A DNA stretch of 64,000 bases, taken from an uncultured Thermococci archaeon (lineage in GTDB: Archaea; CAYQAE01; CAYVLA01). The stretch covers positions 1-64,000 of the forward strand of contig CAZJVP010000018.1 of assembly GCA_964549615.1 (NCBI GenBank). The letters run 5' to 3'. Below the pieces are notes generated by a model. That model was not told the DNA's origin and did not search any database. It saw nothing but the letters and a program-made list of their open reading frames with translations. This document shows, one piece after another, positions 31,212-40,472 of the stretch. A program made the position numbers and the translations under genes. Numbering within the stretch: position 1 is the first letter of the stretch; every line of letters begins with the position of its first letter.

Positions 31212-32836
31212 GTGTCGTCACAAGCAGTCTTGTCATAAGGAACGGCACCGTCTACGACCCGGCCAATGGGATAGACGGGGAGAAGATGGACCTGTTCATC
31301 GAGAACGGAAAGATGGTCGAGGAAACCAGAGGCAGGGAGATAGACGCATCAGGATTGGTTGTGTTCCCCGGGGGGATCGATATCCATTCCCACATCGCAG
31401 GGTCCAAGGTCAACCTCGGCAGGCTGTTCAGGCCGGAGGACCACAGGAAGGACCATGTCAGCAGGACCCACCTTACAAGAAGCGGCGTGGGATACTCGGT
31501 TCCGACGACCTTTGTGACCGGTTACAGATATGCCAAGCTCGGCTACACAACTATCATGGAGGCTGCAAGCCCTCCCCTGATGACGAGGCATACTCACGAG
31601 GAACTGAATGACACCCCCATCGTCGACAAAGCGTGCTACACTCTCATGGGAAACAATCACTTCGTCATGGACTACATCAAGAAGGGAGAGATGGAGAAAC
31701 TCCGAGATTACGTGGCTTGGCTCCTGAACGCCACGAAGGGATATGCGGTGAAGATAGTCAACCCCGGCGGCGTGGAGAACTGGAAGTGGGGCAGAAATGT
31801 GGAAAGCATAGATGACAAGGTCGACAACTATGAGGTCACCCCCAGAGAGATACTGGTTGGCCTCTCTAGGGTCAACGACGACCTTGGTCTGCCGCATGCG
31901 ATACACGTTCACGCCAACAATCTGGGTTCGCCCGGCAATTACGAGACCACCCTGCAGACCATGGACGCTGTGAAAGGCAGAATGCATCTGACCCATCTGC
32001 AGTTCCACTCGTACGCGGGAGACAGCTGGGCCAAATTCAGCTCCGGCGTCGACGAGGTGGTCAAATCAGTGGATAAACACGACAACATCACATGCGATAT
32101 GGGCCAGGTGATCTTCGGCGACACTACCACGATGACGGCCGACGGCCCGTGGCAACACCGCCTCTATGGGCTGACGGGCAACAAGTGGTTCAATGCTGAT
32201 GTAGAAATGGAGACCGGAGCGGGGGTCGTTCCCTACTACTTCACCAGGAAGAGTCCCGTTAACTCGGTTCAGTGGGCAATAGGTCTGGAGATTGCCCTCA
32301 TGGTCAAAGATCCTTGGAAGGTCTGCCTCACGACCGACCATCCCAACGGGGGACCCTTCTATATGTACCCAAAGGTCATCTCGTGGCTCATGAGCAAGAA
32401 GGCGCGGGACCAAACCCTAGGATCGATCCACAAGGCCGCCTCCGCTAGAACTGCCCTGCCCAGCCTCGATAGGGAGTACTCCCTCTACGACATCGCCATC
32501 GTCACGAGGGCAGCGCAGGCCCGGGCCCTGGGGCTGAAGAACAAGGGGCATTTGGGGGTTGGAGCCGACGCCGACGTGGCGATCTATGAGTTCGCCGAGG
32601 ACCACGTACAGCGCTCCTTCTCGAAAACGCGGTACACAATCAAGGAGGGAAGGGTCGTCGCTGTGAACGGAGAGATCGTCGACTCGTTTCAAGGAAGAAC
32701 CTTTTGGGCTGATGCTCAGGGCGGGGTGACCGATGAGGTCAGGGAAGCATTTGCGAAATACTACACGGTCTCGTTTGAGAATTATCCCGTTCAGGACGAT
32801 TATCTACCCAGAGCCGAGGCCGTTCCATGTGGCTAG
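31208..32836 (+). CDS. fwdA: Formylmethanofuran dehydrogenase subunit A
   Basis: DIHSHIAG, KIVNPGG, HANNLG.PGN, TTDHPNGGPF. Confidence 0.96.
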   Translation: MSVVTSSLVIRNGTVYDPANGIDGEKMDLFIENGKMVEETRGREIDASGLVVFPGGIDIHSHIAGSKVNLGRLFRPEDHRKDHVSRTHLTRSGVGYSVPTTFVTGYRYAKLGYTTIMEAASPPLMTRHTHEELNDTPIVDKACYTLMGNNHFVMDYIKKGEMEKLRDYVAWLLNATKGYAVKIVNPGGVENWKWGRNVESIDDKVDNYEVTPREILVGLSRVNDDLGLPHAIHVHANNLGSPGNYETTLQTMDAVKGRMHLTHLQFHSYAGDSWAKFSSGVDEVVKSVDKHDNITCDMGQVIFGDTTTMTADGPWQHRLYGLTGNKWFNADVEMETGAGVVPYYFTRKSPVNSVQWAIGLEIALMVKDPWKVCLTTDHPNGGPFYMYPKVISWLMSKKARDQTLGSIHKAASARTALPSLDREYSLYDIAIVTRAAQARALGLKNKGHLGVGADADVAIYEFAEDHVQRSFSKTRYTIKEGRVVAVNGEIVDSFQGRTFWADAQGGVTDEVREAFAKYYTVSFENYPVQDDYLPRAEAVPCG

Positions 32837-32903
32837 ATCAGGACAGGGCATCAGTTTCATCGTGGGACACGGGTTCGAGCAGCAATCCGCGTGAGGGAGC
32901 ACC

Positions 32904-33716
32904 GTGATCAGGCTTAGACCGAGACAGGAATCGAGAATCCCAGTGGAGGCGGAATGCATATCGCCCGACGCCTTCTCGGGGAAGTCGGCAGCGCAAGTGG
33001 AGGATATGAAGATCCTATGGGGCAACAAGACGAAGAGGTTGGTCGATCTCTTCGAGGTCGTTGAGGATCCGGCAGAGCCTAACGAGATAGTGGTGGACGG
33101 GGACGTGAGATTCGTCAAGCATATCGGCGCCAAGATGAGCATGGGAAGGGTGATCGTGAACGGCGATGCGGGCATGCACCTCGGCCGGGGGATGGCGGGG
33201 GGCGAGATAATCGTAAACGGAGATGCTGGGGACTGGCTGGGAACGGAGATGGTCGGCGGGCTTATCAGAGTTAAGGGAAACGTGGGAAACTTGGCTGGGT
33301 CTGCCTACCGGGGCTCCAAGTCCGGCATGAAGGGTGGGATGATCGTCATCGAGGGGGGTGCAGGCGATGAGCTGGGCGAGTTGATGGAGGGTGGAACGAT
33401 AGCCGTGAAAGGCAACGTGCAATCATTTGCGGGGGCGCTGATGTCGGGCGGGGCGATCGTTTGCTTCGGGGGTCTGGGCGGGAGACCGGGCGCTGGGATG
33501 ACCAACGGAACCCTACTTGCCTTCAGCCAGCCAAGGCTTCTTCCGACGTTCAGATACGCGCGAACGTACAAACCGACTTTCATCAAGCCTATCCTTGAGG
33601 AGCTTAGGAAGCAAGGCCTCCCAGTGGAAGACCGGCAGATAGAAGGCTTGTACGACGCGTACGAGGGAGATCTTGCATGCGACGGGAAGGGGAAGATCCT
33701 CGTTTGGAAAGACTAG
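32904..33716 (+). CDS. fwdC: Formylmethanofuran dehydrogenase subunit C
   Basis: GXGXG beta-helix repeats (G..M.GG.I.V.G), AYRG..GM.GG. Confidence 0.95.
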   Translation: MIRLRPRQESRIPVEAECISPDAFSGKSAAQVEDMKILWGNKTKRLVDLFEVVEDPAEPNEIVVDGDVRFVKHIGAKMSMGRVIVNGDAGMHLGRGMAGGEIIVNGDAGDWLGTEMVGGLIRVKGNVGNLAGSAYRGSKSGMKGGMIVIEGGAGDELGELMEGGTIAVKGNVQSFAGALMSGGAIVCFGGLGGRPGAGMTNGTLLAFSQPRLLPTFRYARTYKPTFIKPILEELRKQGLPVEDRQIEGLYDAYEGDLACDGKGKILVWKD

Positions 33717-33767
33717 GCACAGATCTCCACGGGCGGTGCTTCTGCCCAGTGTGTCTGGATCCCGATG

Positions 33768-34664
33768 CTATGGATAGCGAACGTCGACCGTCAGCCCATC
33801 CCGCCCAATGATCGTCCTGGGGAAGTCGACTTCCTTGGCTATGGTCTCCTCGTCATATCTAGGTGAAAAATGGGTCAACAGGAGTCTCTTGGCTCCCGCC
33901 TTTCTCGCAAGCTGGCATGAAAGCTTGACAGTGGAGTGCCCGGTCTCCACGGCGCGGTCGGCGAGGTCATCGCAGAAGGTTGCCTCGCATATCAGAAGAT
34001 CGGCGCCCCTGGACAGTCGGATTGCCAACTCCGTCGGGAGGACGTCTCCAAGGTAGACGATCTTCCGACCCTGCCGCGGCGGCCCAACCACCTCGCTAGG
34101 GCTGATTGTCCTGCCCCTCCAATGAATGGCCTTCCCCATCTGCAGATCCTTGTAAAGCCTGCCTTGGGGTATGCCGAGGGCTCGCGCCTTCTCCAAGTAG
34201 AACCTCCCCGGCCTTTGGTCCTCCTGAAGGAGGTAGCCCAGCGTCGGCACGAGGTGTTCGACCGCCCCACAATAGACAGCATAGCCGTCGAATCTCACAA
34301 TGGCTCCAGATTCAAGCTCATGTCCCACGATCCTGAAACTAGATTGGAAATTGCCAATGGAGTTCAAGAGATGCGAAATCTTCTCCATTCCCGGGGGGCC
34401 GTAGATGTCAAGGGGATGGTCTCTTCCGAAGAAGGACATGCTTTGAACCAATCCGAACAGCCCAAGATAGTGATCTCCGTGGAAGTGCGTCACAAATATC
34501 TTGGAAACCCTCATGAAGCTGAGGCCAAACCTTATCATCTGTCGCTGGGTGCCTTCCCCGCAGTCGAAGAGTATTATTTCCCTCTGCCTTCGGACCGCCA
34601 CAGCTGGCAAGCCGCGCTCCGGCGTCGGAACGCCGCAGGAAGTCCCCAGCAATGTTACCTTCAT
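33768..34664 (-). CDS. rnz: Ribonuclease Z
   Basis: LGTS...PT..R, FDCGEGTQ, THFHGDH, exosite arm, THFSPRY. Confidence 0.93.
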   Translation of the reverse strand: MKVTLLGTSCGVPTPERGLPAVAVRRQREIILFDCGEGTQRQMIRFGLSFMRVSKIFVTHFHGDHYLGLFGLVQSMSFFGRDHPLDIYGPPGMEKISHLLNSIGNFQSSFRIVGHELESGAIVRFDGYAVYCGAVEHLVPTLGYLLQEDQRPGRFYLEKARALGIPQGRLYKDLQMGKAIHWRGRTISPSEVVGPPRQGRKIVYLGDVLPTELAIRLSRGADLLICEATFCDDLADRAVETGHSTVKLSCQLARKAGAKRLLLTHFSPRYDEETIAKEVDFPRTIIGRDGLTVDVRYP

Positions 34665-34757
34665 GTTGGAGACGGGGTTCCGAGGTCGCCCTGATTAGTG
34701 TTCCGTTATGTTTCGCATTCGAGAGGAGCTCGGATGTGGGTCAGACAGGACAGGATC

Positions 34758-37490
34758 CTAATCCAGTACCAAGGTTGCCTTGACTAGGGAGGGGTCCACG
34801 CTCTGGATGGTGAATTCCATCTTGCGACAGATGTGTATCATCCTTTCGTTCTCTGCACTTATCAAGCCCCAGATGGAGGCCAGCTTCTTGTCTTCGGCGA
34901 TTCCGATCATCTTATCCACTAGCTTGGTCCCCAAGCCCAGTCCCTGCCAAGGATCTCCGACGAGCACGGAAATTTCAGCCGACTTTCCGTCGGGCCCCAC
35001 GAGCAGCCTCGCCATGCCGATGATCTTCCTCTTGCCCTTTTCGACCAACTCTGCAACGATGGCCATCTCACGGCGATAGTCTATGTTCGTGAGGCGAACC
35101 AGATCCTCATGCTCTATTTGTTTTAAGGCTCCGAAGAACCCGAACCTGATCGACTGGGGTGACAATGCCTTGAGCAGCTTCCACAGCAGGGGCTCGTCCT
35201 CGGGCCTGACAGGTCGAAGGGTCACGGGCCGCCCGTCTCTGAGCGCCCATTGCTCAATGTATTTTCCGGGGTACGGTTGGATGACCAGATGGGAGCGTGG
35301 CTCAACCCCCGAGATTGCGAGATCCTTGTCAATAACGATCCTTGCGTCTAGGGCGATGAATTCCCGGCCGACGACGGCCAACGGGTTGATATCGACCTCG
35401 CGGATCTCAGGAAAGTCGATGATCATCTGCGAGAAGCGGACTAGATACTCCTCAAGATAGTCCAGCTTGACGGGGGGTTTGCTCCGGTAGCCTTGAAGCA
35501 GCGAGTAGACCTTCGTCTGTTCCATCAGCCTCCTAGCTAGAACGCGGTTCAGCGGAGGCAAGCCCACGGCTATGTCTCGATAGATCTGCACGCCCGTTCC
35601 CCCTTGGCCGAACATTATCGCAGGGCCAAACGTCGGGTCCGTTTTGCACCCAAGAATAAGCTCATAATCCACGCCCGTCACCATCTTCTGGACGGTGACC
35701 CCAAACAACCGGGCGGAAGGATCGTGCTTCTTGGCATTGGCCATAATCTCGTCGAACGCGTTTCTGACCTCCGCGCACGAATTCAGCCCCAGCACAACGC
35801 CGCCACAGTCGCTCTTGTAGGTGATGTCGGGGGAGTAGATCTTCAGAACCACGGGGAATCCTATGCTTGACGCCACGTTCATGGCGGCGCTCGCGCTCTC
35901 AGCGACGCGCGTCTCAACAACCGGAATGCCGTAGGTCTGCAGGAACTTCTTGGACTCCTCCTCCGTGAGTATGTGTCGTCCGCTGCGGGCGACCCTAACC
36001 ACCATAGCCTTGAGATGGTTCCTTGGAGGGATCGCTTCAACCGGCAACTCCTCGGGGGTCTGGTATAGCTGCTCCAAGTTCCTGGAGTATTGGTACATGT
36101 ACATGTAGGACTTCACGGCCCTCTCCGGGGACGAGTAGGCTGGTATGCGTTTCTCTCGGAGGAGCTCAAGTCCCGCCTCGACCTTCCTTTTTCCGAGAAA
36201 AGATGCAAGAATCGGTTTCCTGCCTGTTCTCGGTAGCTCTGTAATCGCCCTTGCAACGTCATCGGAGGATGCCGCCCCTTGCGGCGTGTATATCACCAGA
36301 ATTCCGTCGACGTTCTTGTCTCCGATACAAGCCACAATCGCGTTGCGGTATCGTTGGCCGTCCGCATCCCCTCCGATGTCGACGGGATTTTTCTTGCTAG
36401 CATGGGAGGGCAGCACCCTTGATAGAGTCCCCACAGTCTCTCTTGAGAGCTGTGGTAGTTCCCCGCCTCTTTCAAGCAACACGTCGGCGGCCATGATGCC
36501 AGGGCCGCCGGCGTTCGTTATTATCGCGAGCCTAGAGCCTCTTGGAGGTCTCTGCGTCGCCAAGATCTCCGAGACGTTGAAGAGATCCTCTATCTCATCT
36601 ACCCTTGTGATGCCAACCCTCTGGAAGGCCGCGTCAAAGACCTTGTTCTCATCGGTCAAAGACCCCGTGTGCGATACAGCGGTATGAGATGCTGCGGCCT
36701 CTGCGCTCTGAGCGAACTTGCCCGACTTGATTGCCACGATGGGCTTGGTCCTTGAAAAGGCCCTTGAGGCGCTGAGGAAGTTTGGCGCGTCCGTGACCGA
36801 TTCTATGTACATGAGGATGCTTCGGGTCTCGGGGTCCTGCCCGAAGAAATCGATCAGATCCCCGAAGTTGATGTCGGCCATGTTCCCCAACGATACGAAG
36901 CTGCTGAATCCAACATTCGTATCCATGGACCAGTCCAGAATTGCCGAACCCAAGGCACCGCTTTGCGAGATCAATGCGATGTTCCCCATTCTAGGCATCT
37001 GGTCCGCGAAACTTGCGTTCAACCCTATCGAGGGGACGATCAGGCCGAGGCAGTTTGGGCCGAGAATCCTCATGCCATACCTGCGTCCCGCGTCGATGAC
37101 CTGGTTCTCCAACGCCGCGCCCGAGGGACCAACTTCCCTGAAGCCTGCCGACACTATGATGATCGCAGGAATCCCAGCCTCCCCACAATCCTCCACGATC
37201 GCTGGAACCGTCGGAGCAGGGGTGGCGATGACCGCCAGGTCGACGGGACTTGCAAGCTCTTTGACGGTGGCGTGGCAACTGATTCCCAAGACAACGCTTC
37301 GATTTGGGTTAATCGGGTGCACCTCGCCACGATATCCCTTGATCAGGTTCTCCATTATCGTGCGTCCGACGGAGCCGCTTTCTTCGCTGGCCCCGACGAC
37401 TGCGATGGTATCCGGCCTAAACATTTTCTGGAGGTTCTCCACTCCCATGGGGGTGATCTCCAGCCCCGCGCTCATGGGCTTTCTGCCCAT
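34758..37490 (-). CDS. Pat/YfiQ-type protein: NDP-forming acyl-CoA synthetase alpha+beta domains fused to C-terminal GNAT
   Basis: GPNCLG, SQSGA, SHTGSL, NAGGPG, NPVD, ATP-grasp, DINPL; GNAT LRPVRPEDE...WQGLGLG. Confidence 0.93.
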   Translation of the reverse strand: MGRKPMSAGLEITPMGVENLQKMFRPDTIAVVGASEESGSVGRTIMENLIKGYRGEVHPINPNRSVVLGISCHATVKELASPVDLAVIATPAPTVPAIVEDCGEAGIPAIIIVSAGFREVGPSGAALENQVIDAGRRYGMRILGPNCLGLIVPSIGLNASFADQMPRMGNIALISQSGALGSAILDWSMDTNVGFSSFVSLGNMADINFGDLIDFFGQDPETRSILMYIESVTDAPNFLSASRAFSRTKPIVAIKSGKFAQSAEAAASHTAVSHTGSLTDENKVFDAAFQRVGITRVDEIEDLFNVSEILATQRPPRGSRLAIITNAGGPGIMAADVLLERGGELPQLSRETVGTLSRVLPSHASKKNPVDIGGDADGQRYRNAIVACIGDKNVDGILVIYTPQGAASSDDVARAITELPRTGRKPILASFLGKRKVEAGLELLREKRIPAYSSPERAVKSYMYMYQYSRNLEQLYQTPEELPVEAIPPRNHLKAMVVRVARSGRHILTEEESKKFLQTYGIPVVETRVAESASAAMNVASSIGFPVVLKIYSPDITYKSDCGGVVLGLNSCAEVRNAFDEIMANAKKHDPSARLFGVTVQKMVTGVDYELILGCKTDPTFGPAIMFGQGGTGVQIYRDIAVGLPPLNRVLARRLMEQTKVYSLLQGYRSKPPVKLDYLEEYLVRFSQMIIDFPEIREVDINPLAVVGREFIALDARIVIDKDLAISGVEPRSHLVIQPYPGKYIEQWALRDGRPVTLRPVRPEDEPLLWKLLKALSPQSIRFGFFGALKQIEHEDLVRLTNIDYRREMAIVAELVEKGKRKIIGMARLLVGPDGKSAEISVLVGDPWQGLGLGTKLVDKMIGIAEDKKLASIWGLISAENERMIHICRKMEFTIQSVDPSLVKATLVLD

Positions 37491-37540
37491 ATTAATCTAT
37501 CACGAGGCCGACGTGATGCCATGAAAGGGAAAGTGCGTTG

Positions 37541-37660
37541 GTCCTTGCACCTGGACCAATCCATCGGACAGCTGACAAGCCGGGGCCCTATCCCGGGTCT
37601 TCGCTGGGCTTCCTTCACGAACAAGCCATCGATGTTGCCATGTCTCCTGTCTGCAACATT
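37541..37660 (-). pseudogene. Probable degenerate GNAT acetyltransferase fragment
   Basis: Minus strand reads VADRRHGNIDGLFVKEAQRRPGIGPRLVSCPMDWSRCKD, resembling GNAT beta4/motif A. An in-frame TGA lies upstream at 37669-37667. Confidence 0.4.
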
Positions 37661-37865
37661 CTTTAGTCAAAACCGCCGAAAACCCGGCAGGAGATCGTTC
37701 CACCATCCTACGGCATCCTTCAGCTAGGATTCTCTCGGGTGCCTGACAATACTGGGGGGTGCTCCCGGACCGGCCGGCGTCGAACTACGCTTTTTGCCGA
37801 TGATGAGTTGGCCTTTTGCCGATCAATTTAAAAGGATCGGGCGCGAAGACCTGAAAGGTCGGGCC

Positions 37866-38087
37866 GTGACGAGGGTCAAGCTGTGTCTTGATGCGGGTTG
37901 TTCAAGGCAGATCCTCTTGGAGGACGGTCGCTGCATAGTCGAGATCAAGGACAAATGCACGGCCGTCCGCGTCCCCCGGGACTTCAAACTGAAATCTGAG
38001 CAGATAGCCCGTGAAACCAAGAGGCAGATTATCCTCTCGGGTGAGCTGTTCAAGGGCGTCAGGGAAGGCTGCGATCTCGAGATCTGA
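37866..38087 (+). CDS. Small hypothetical protein (73 aa, several Cys)
   Basis: GTG start about 35 nt after TTTAAAAG; protein-like composition. Confidence 0.5.
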   Translation: MTRVKLCLDAGCSRQILLEDGRCIVEIKDKCTAVRVPRDFKLKSEQIARETKRQIILSGELFKGVREGCDLEI

Positions 38088-38114
38088 CGAGGCCAACTGG
38101 CAATGGCCGGATCG

Positions 38115-38803
38115 AGCCATCTCCCTGATCGCACCCAAAACGCTGCGCATCGAATCCTCCACGCGTATCACGAACACGCAGCGAAGAGCCCAAGCCTAGT
38201 TCCTGCATTCATGAGGGCTGGCAAGTTCGGAAGGTGATGCAACCGCTCACTGCGTTGCGGAATTGCTTCCCAACCTTGGCCAATCTGGAGCCCGGATCAT
38301 GCCCGCGATCGGCCTAGGGGACCTCATCTGCGTGGGTCTCTCGATGACCCCCCCGCCGTCATCCCTTCACGGGTATCTCCTCTCGAGAACGTGCATCGCG
38401 TTGACAGACAGCTTGAGCCCCTGTGTCACCTCAATGGGGGCATTTGACCGCGGAGGCGCGCACCCTTCCCAGGAAAGCGAGCGCCAAGCACACCGCGATC
38501 AGGGCCACGGGCATCTGCCTGCCCTATGTCCGTCCTTCGCTGTCCGCTGCGAATAGATTGGGTAGGCCTTGCAACATCGGCAAGGTTGGTCCTCGATCAG
38601 GACTCTATGGCACACCGTCATGAACACCCTCAACGTCCGATATGCACCCAGGGAACCGCTGGCGAATCCTTGCAACAACCTCGGCTGCCACTCTCTGCGC
38701 CAACTATGCGTCCTTCCTCCCGGCGGGGACCATTGGCTTGTCGCTGGCGCCGATGATCCTTGCCTCGTCGAAGCGACCAATTGCCGTTCTGTTCTCGGAT
38801 CAG
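38115..38803 (-). pseudogene. nrdJ: Decayed N-terminal part of an ATP-cone ribonucleotide reductase (class II / NrdJ-like)
   Basis: Minus-strand pieces in correct order: FDEARIIGA..LAQRVAAEVVARIRQRF..DVEGVHD..VLIED..ADVA..Y (ATP cone); LKLSVNAMHVLERRYP*RDDGGGVIERPTQM; LPNLPALMNAGTRLGLFAAC/FVIRVEDSMRSVLGAIREMA. Internal stops and frameshifts are present (TGA 38369-38367; 1-nt loss near 38174). Confidence 0.85.
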
Positions 38804-38890
38804 GGCTCCCGTTTTTTTCCCGGGTCACCTCAGATCGAGTCTACTAAGATATAAAGCCCAAAGGTGTTTAGGGATGCAGCCGGCGTCTGG

Positions 38891-39721
38891 ATGGATCTGC
38901 TCTTCGTCTACTCAGGAAACTACGGCGAGAGGGTCATCGGGAACCTCATGAACTATCACAGGTTCTGCACCGTCTGCGATCCCGCTTGCAGCAGCTGCAG
39001 GTTTGGCCAGTTCAACTGGTCCTCCGAGATAAGACAGGCCCTTATCGTGCCTGGGCCCAGTGATGCCCTGCCGCCGCAGGAAGGGTCCTCCCTGGCAATC
39101 AATGCGCCAGAGGCCGAGGTGGCATTTCTAATCGACGTGCATCCAGAGGTCATGTTGGATTTTGTTGAATCCCTTCGGGGCACCCGGGTAAGGGCGGTCA
39201 TCGTGCCGATTGAAAGACCCGGGATCGGGGCCGGGCTCCTGAGGCAGGTCCGTTCCATCCTTGACGAGCTCAAGGTGGAGCTGGCCTGTCCAAAACCCTT
39301 CTGTTCCCTCACTCCGCACGATTCCTCGCCAACGATCAACGCCTTCATCGAGAAGTTCAGAATCGGAAGGCCGCTCATTGAAGTCGAGACTGAAACCGCA
39401 GCATCCGGCGAGCATACAATCTCCAAGGCACGTGTCCTAAGGAGTTCACCTTGTGGTGCGACCTGGTACATCTGCCGTAAGCTTGTGGGAACCCGGGTTG
39501 AGGCAGAGGCAGTTGCGGAGGTGGTTGCGCGCGCTCACCACACCTACCCCTGCACAGCCTCCATGGTCATGGACCGGGAGACCGGAGACACATTCCTTCA
39601 CGCGGGCGGGCGCATCGCCCGGGAGAGCGTGTTTGAGGCGCTGCGCCGTAACCTCGCGCAGAGGGGCAGGTATGCGGAGGCACAGCGCATGGCGGACTCG
39701 GCCTTGAAGAAGACGCCCTAA
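38891..39721 (+). CDS. DUF166-family protein with extra CxxCxxxCxxC motif
   Basis: YGERVIGN, CTVCDPACSSC, PKPFCSL, RSSPCGATW, HHTYPCTASM; TATA-like GATATAAA at about 38849-38856. Confidence 0.8.
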   Translation: MDLLFVYSGNYGERVIGNLMNYHRFCTVCDPACSSCRFGQFNWSSEIRQALIVPGPSDALPPQEGSSLAINAPEAEVAFLIDVHPEVMLDFVESLRGTRVRAVIVPIERPGIGAGLLRQVRSILDELKVELACPKPFCSLTPHDSSPTINAFIEKFRIGRPLIEVETETAASGEHTISKARVLRSSPCGATWYICRKLVGTRVEAEAVAEVVARAHHTYPCTASMVMDRETGDTFLHAGGRIARESVFEALRRNLAQRGRYAEAQRMADSALKKTP

Positions 39722-39731
39722 CGCAGCCGGA

Positions 39732-40472
39732 TCAGCCGCCTTCGGCCTTCTCCGCGACGGCTCTGGCCACCTCCTCGCACAAGCACTCGGCCGCGACCTG
39801 CATTATCTCCTTCTTAAGCTCTGGATCGGTGTCCATCCCCGCGAGGCAAGGGTAATCGTGATGGGCGCGGATCGCCTTGTCTCTTGACTCGGACACATCG
39901 ACCCCAACGAGCCTCCCGGCCACGAATCGCGCCGATCCACATGGAGTATCCCTCTTCACCCTGGCCGAAACGATCACTCCCTGTTTCTGCTCGATCTCCA
40001 AGCGCGGCTTTCCCAGTATGGTGGAGAAAGCTCGAATCAGAGGATGCGCGCTCCCGTCGAGTTGACAGAAAGGTTTGGGAAACTCATGCTTTATTCCGAG
40101 TTCGTCCAATTCCTTGGCCAGCTGCCTTTTCAACCCCTCGGGCAGCAGGTGCCAGTCCTCTATCGGCACCAGAACCTCCTTTGCCCCCGTGCGTTTCGCG
40201 ACCTCGGGTATCACTGGAGCGACATCAGGGTTCAGAAACAGTGCCAGCAGAAGATCACACTCAGGCGGGTCCTTTGGAATGACCGTCTCAAGGTCATCGA
40301 TCAACCCATGCACCGCCTCGGGGTACTCGTGTATCCCGACTATCATATTCGCGAGCCCGTGCTCAACAAGGTTGTTCACGACCTTCTCGCCAAGAGGTCC
40401 TCTGGAGAGGATGTATATTCTCAATGGATCTCGTCCAGATGATGGCGCTAAGCAGTCTACTGTTTCTTCCAT
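39732..40472 (-). CDS. DUF166-family protein (last gene of cdh operon)
   Basis: PKPFCQL, RDTPCGSARFVA, HHDYPCLAGM; overlaps the end of cdhE. Confidence 0.8.
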   Translation of the reverse strand: MEETVDCLAPSSGRDPLRIYILSRGPLGEKVVNNLVEHGLANMIVGIHEYPEAVHGLIDDLETVIPKDPPECDLLLALFLNPDVAPVIPEVAKRTGAKEVLVPIEDWHLLPEGLKRQLAKELDELGIKHEFPKPFCQLDGSAHPLIRAFSTILGKPRLEIEQKQGVIVSARVKRDTPCGSARFVAGRLVGVDVSESRDKAIRAHHDYPCLAGMDTDPELKKEIMQVAAECLCEEVARAVAEKAEGG

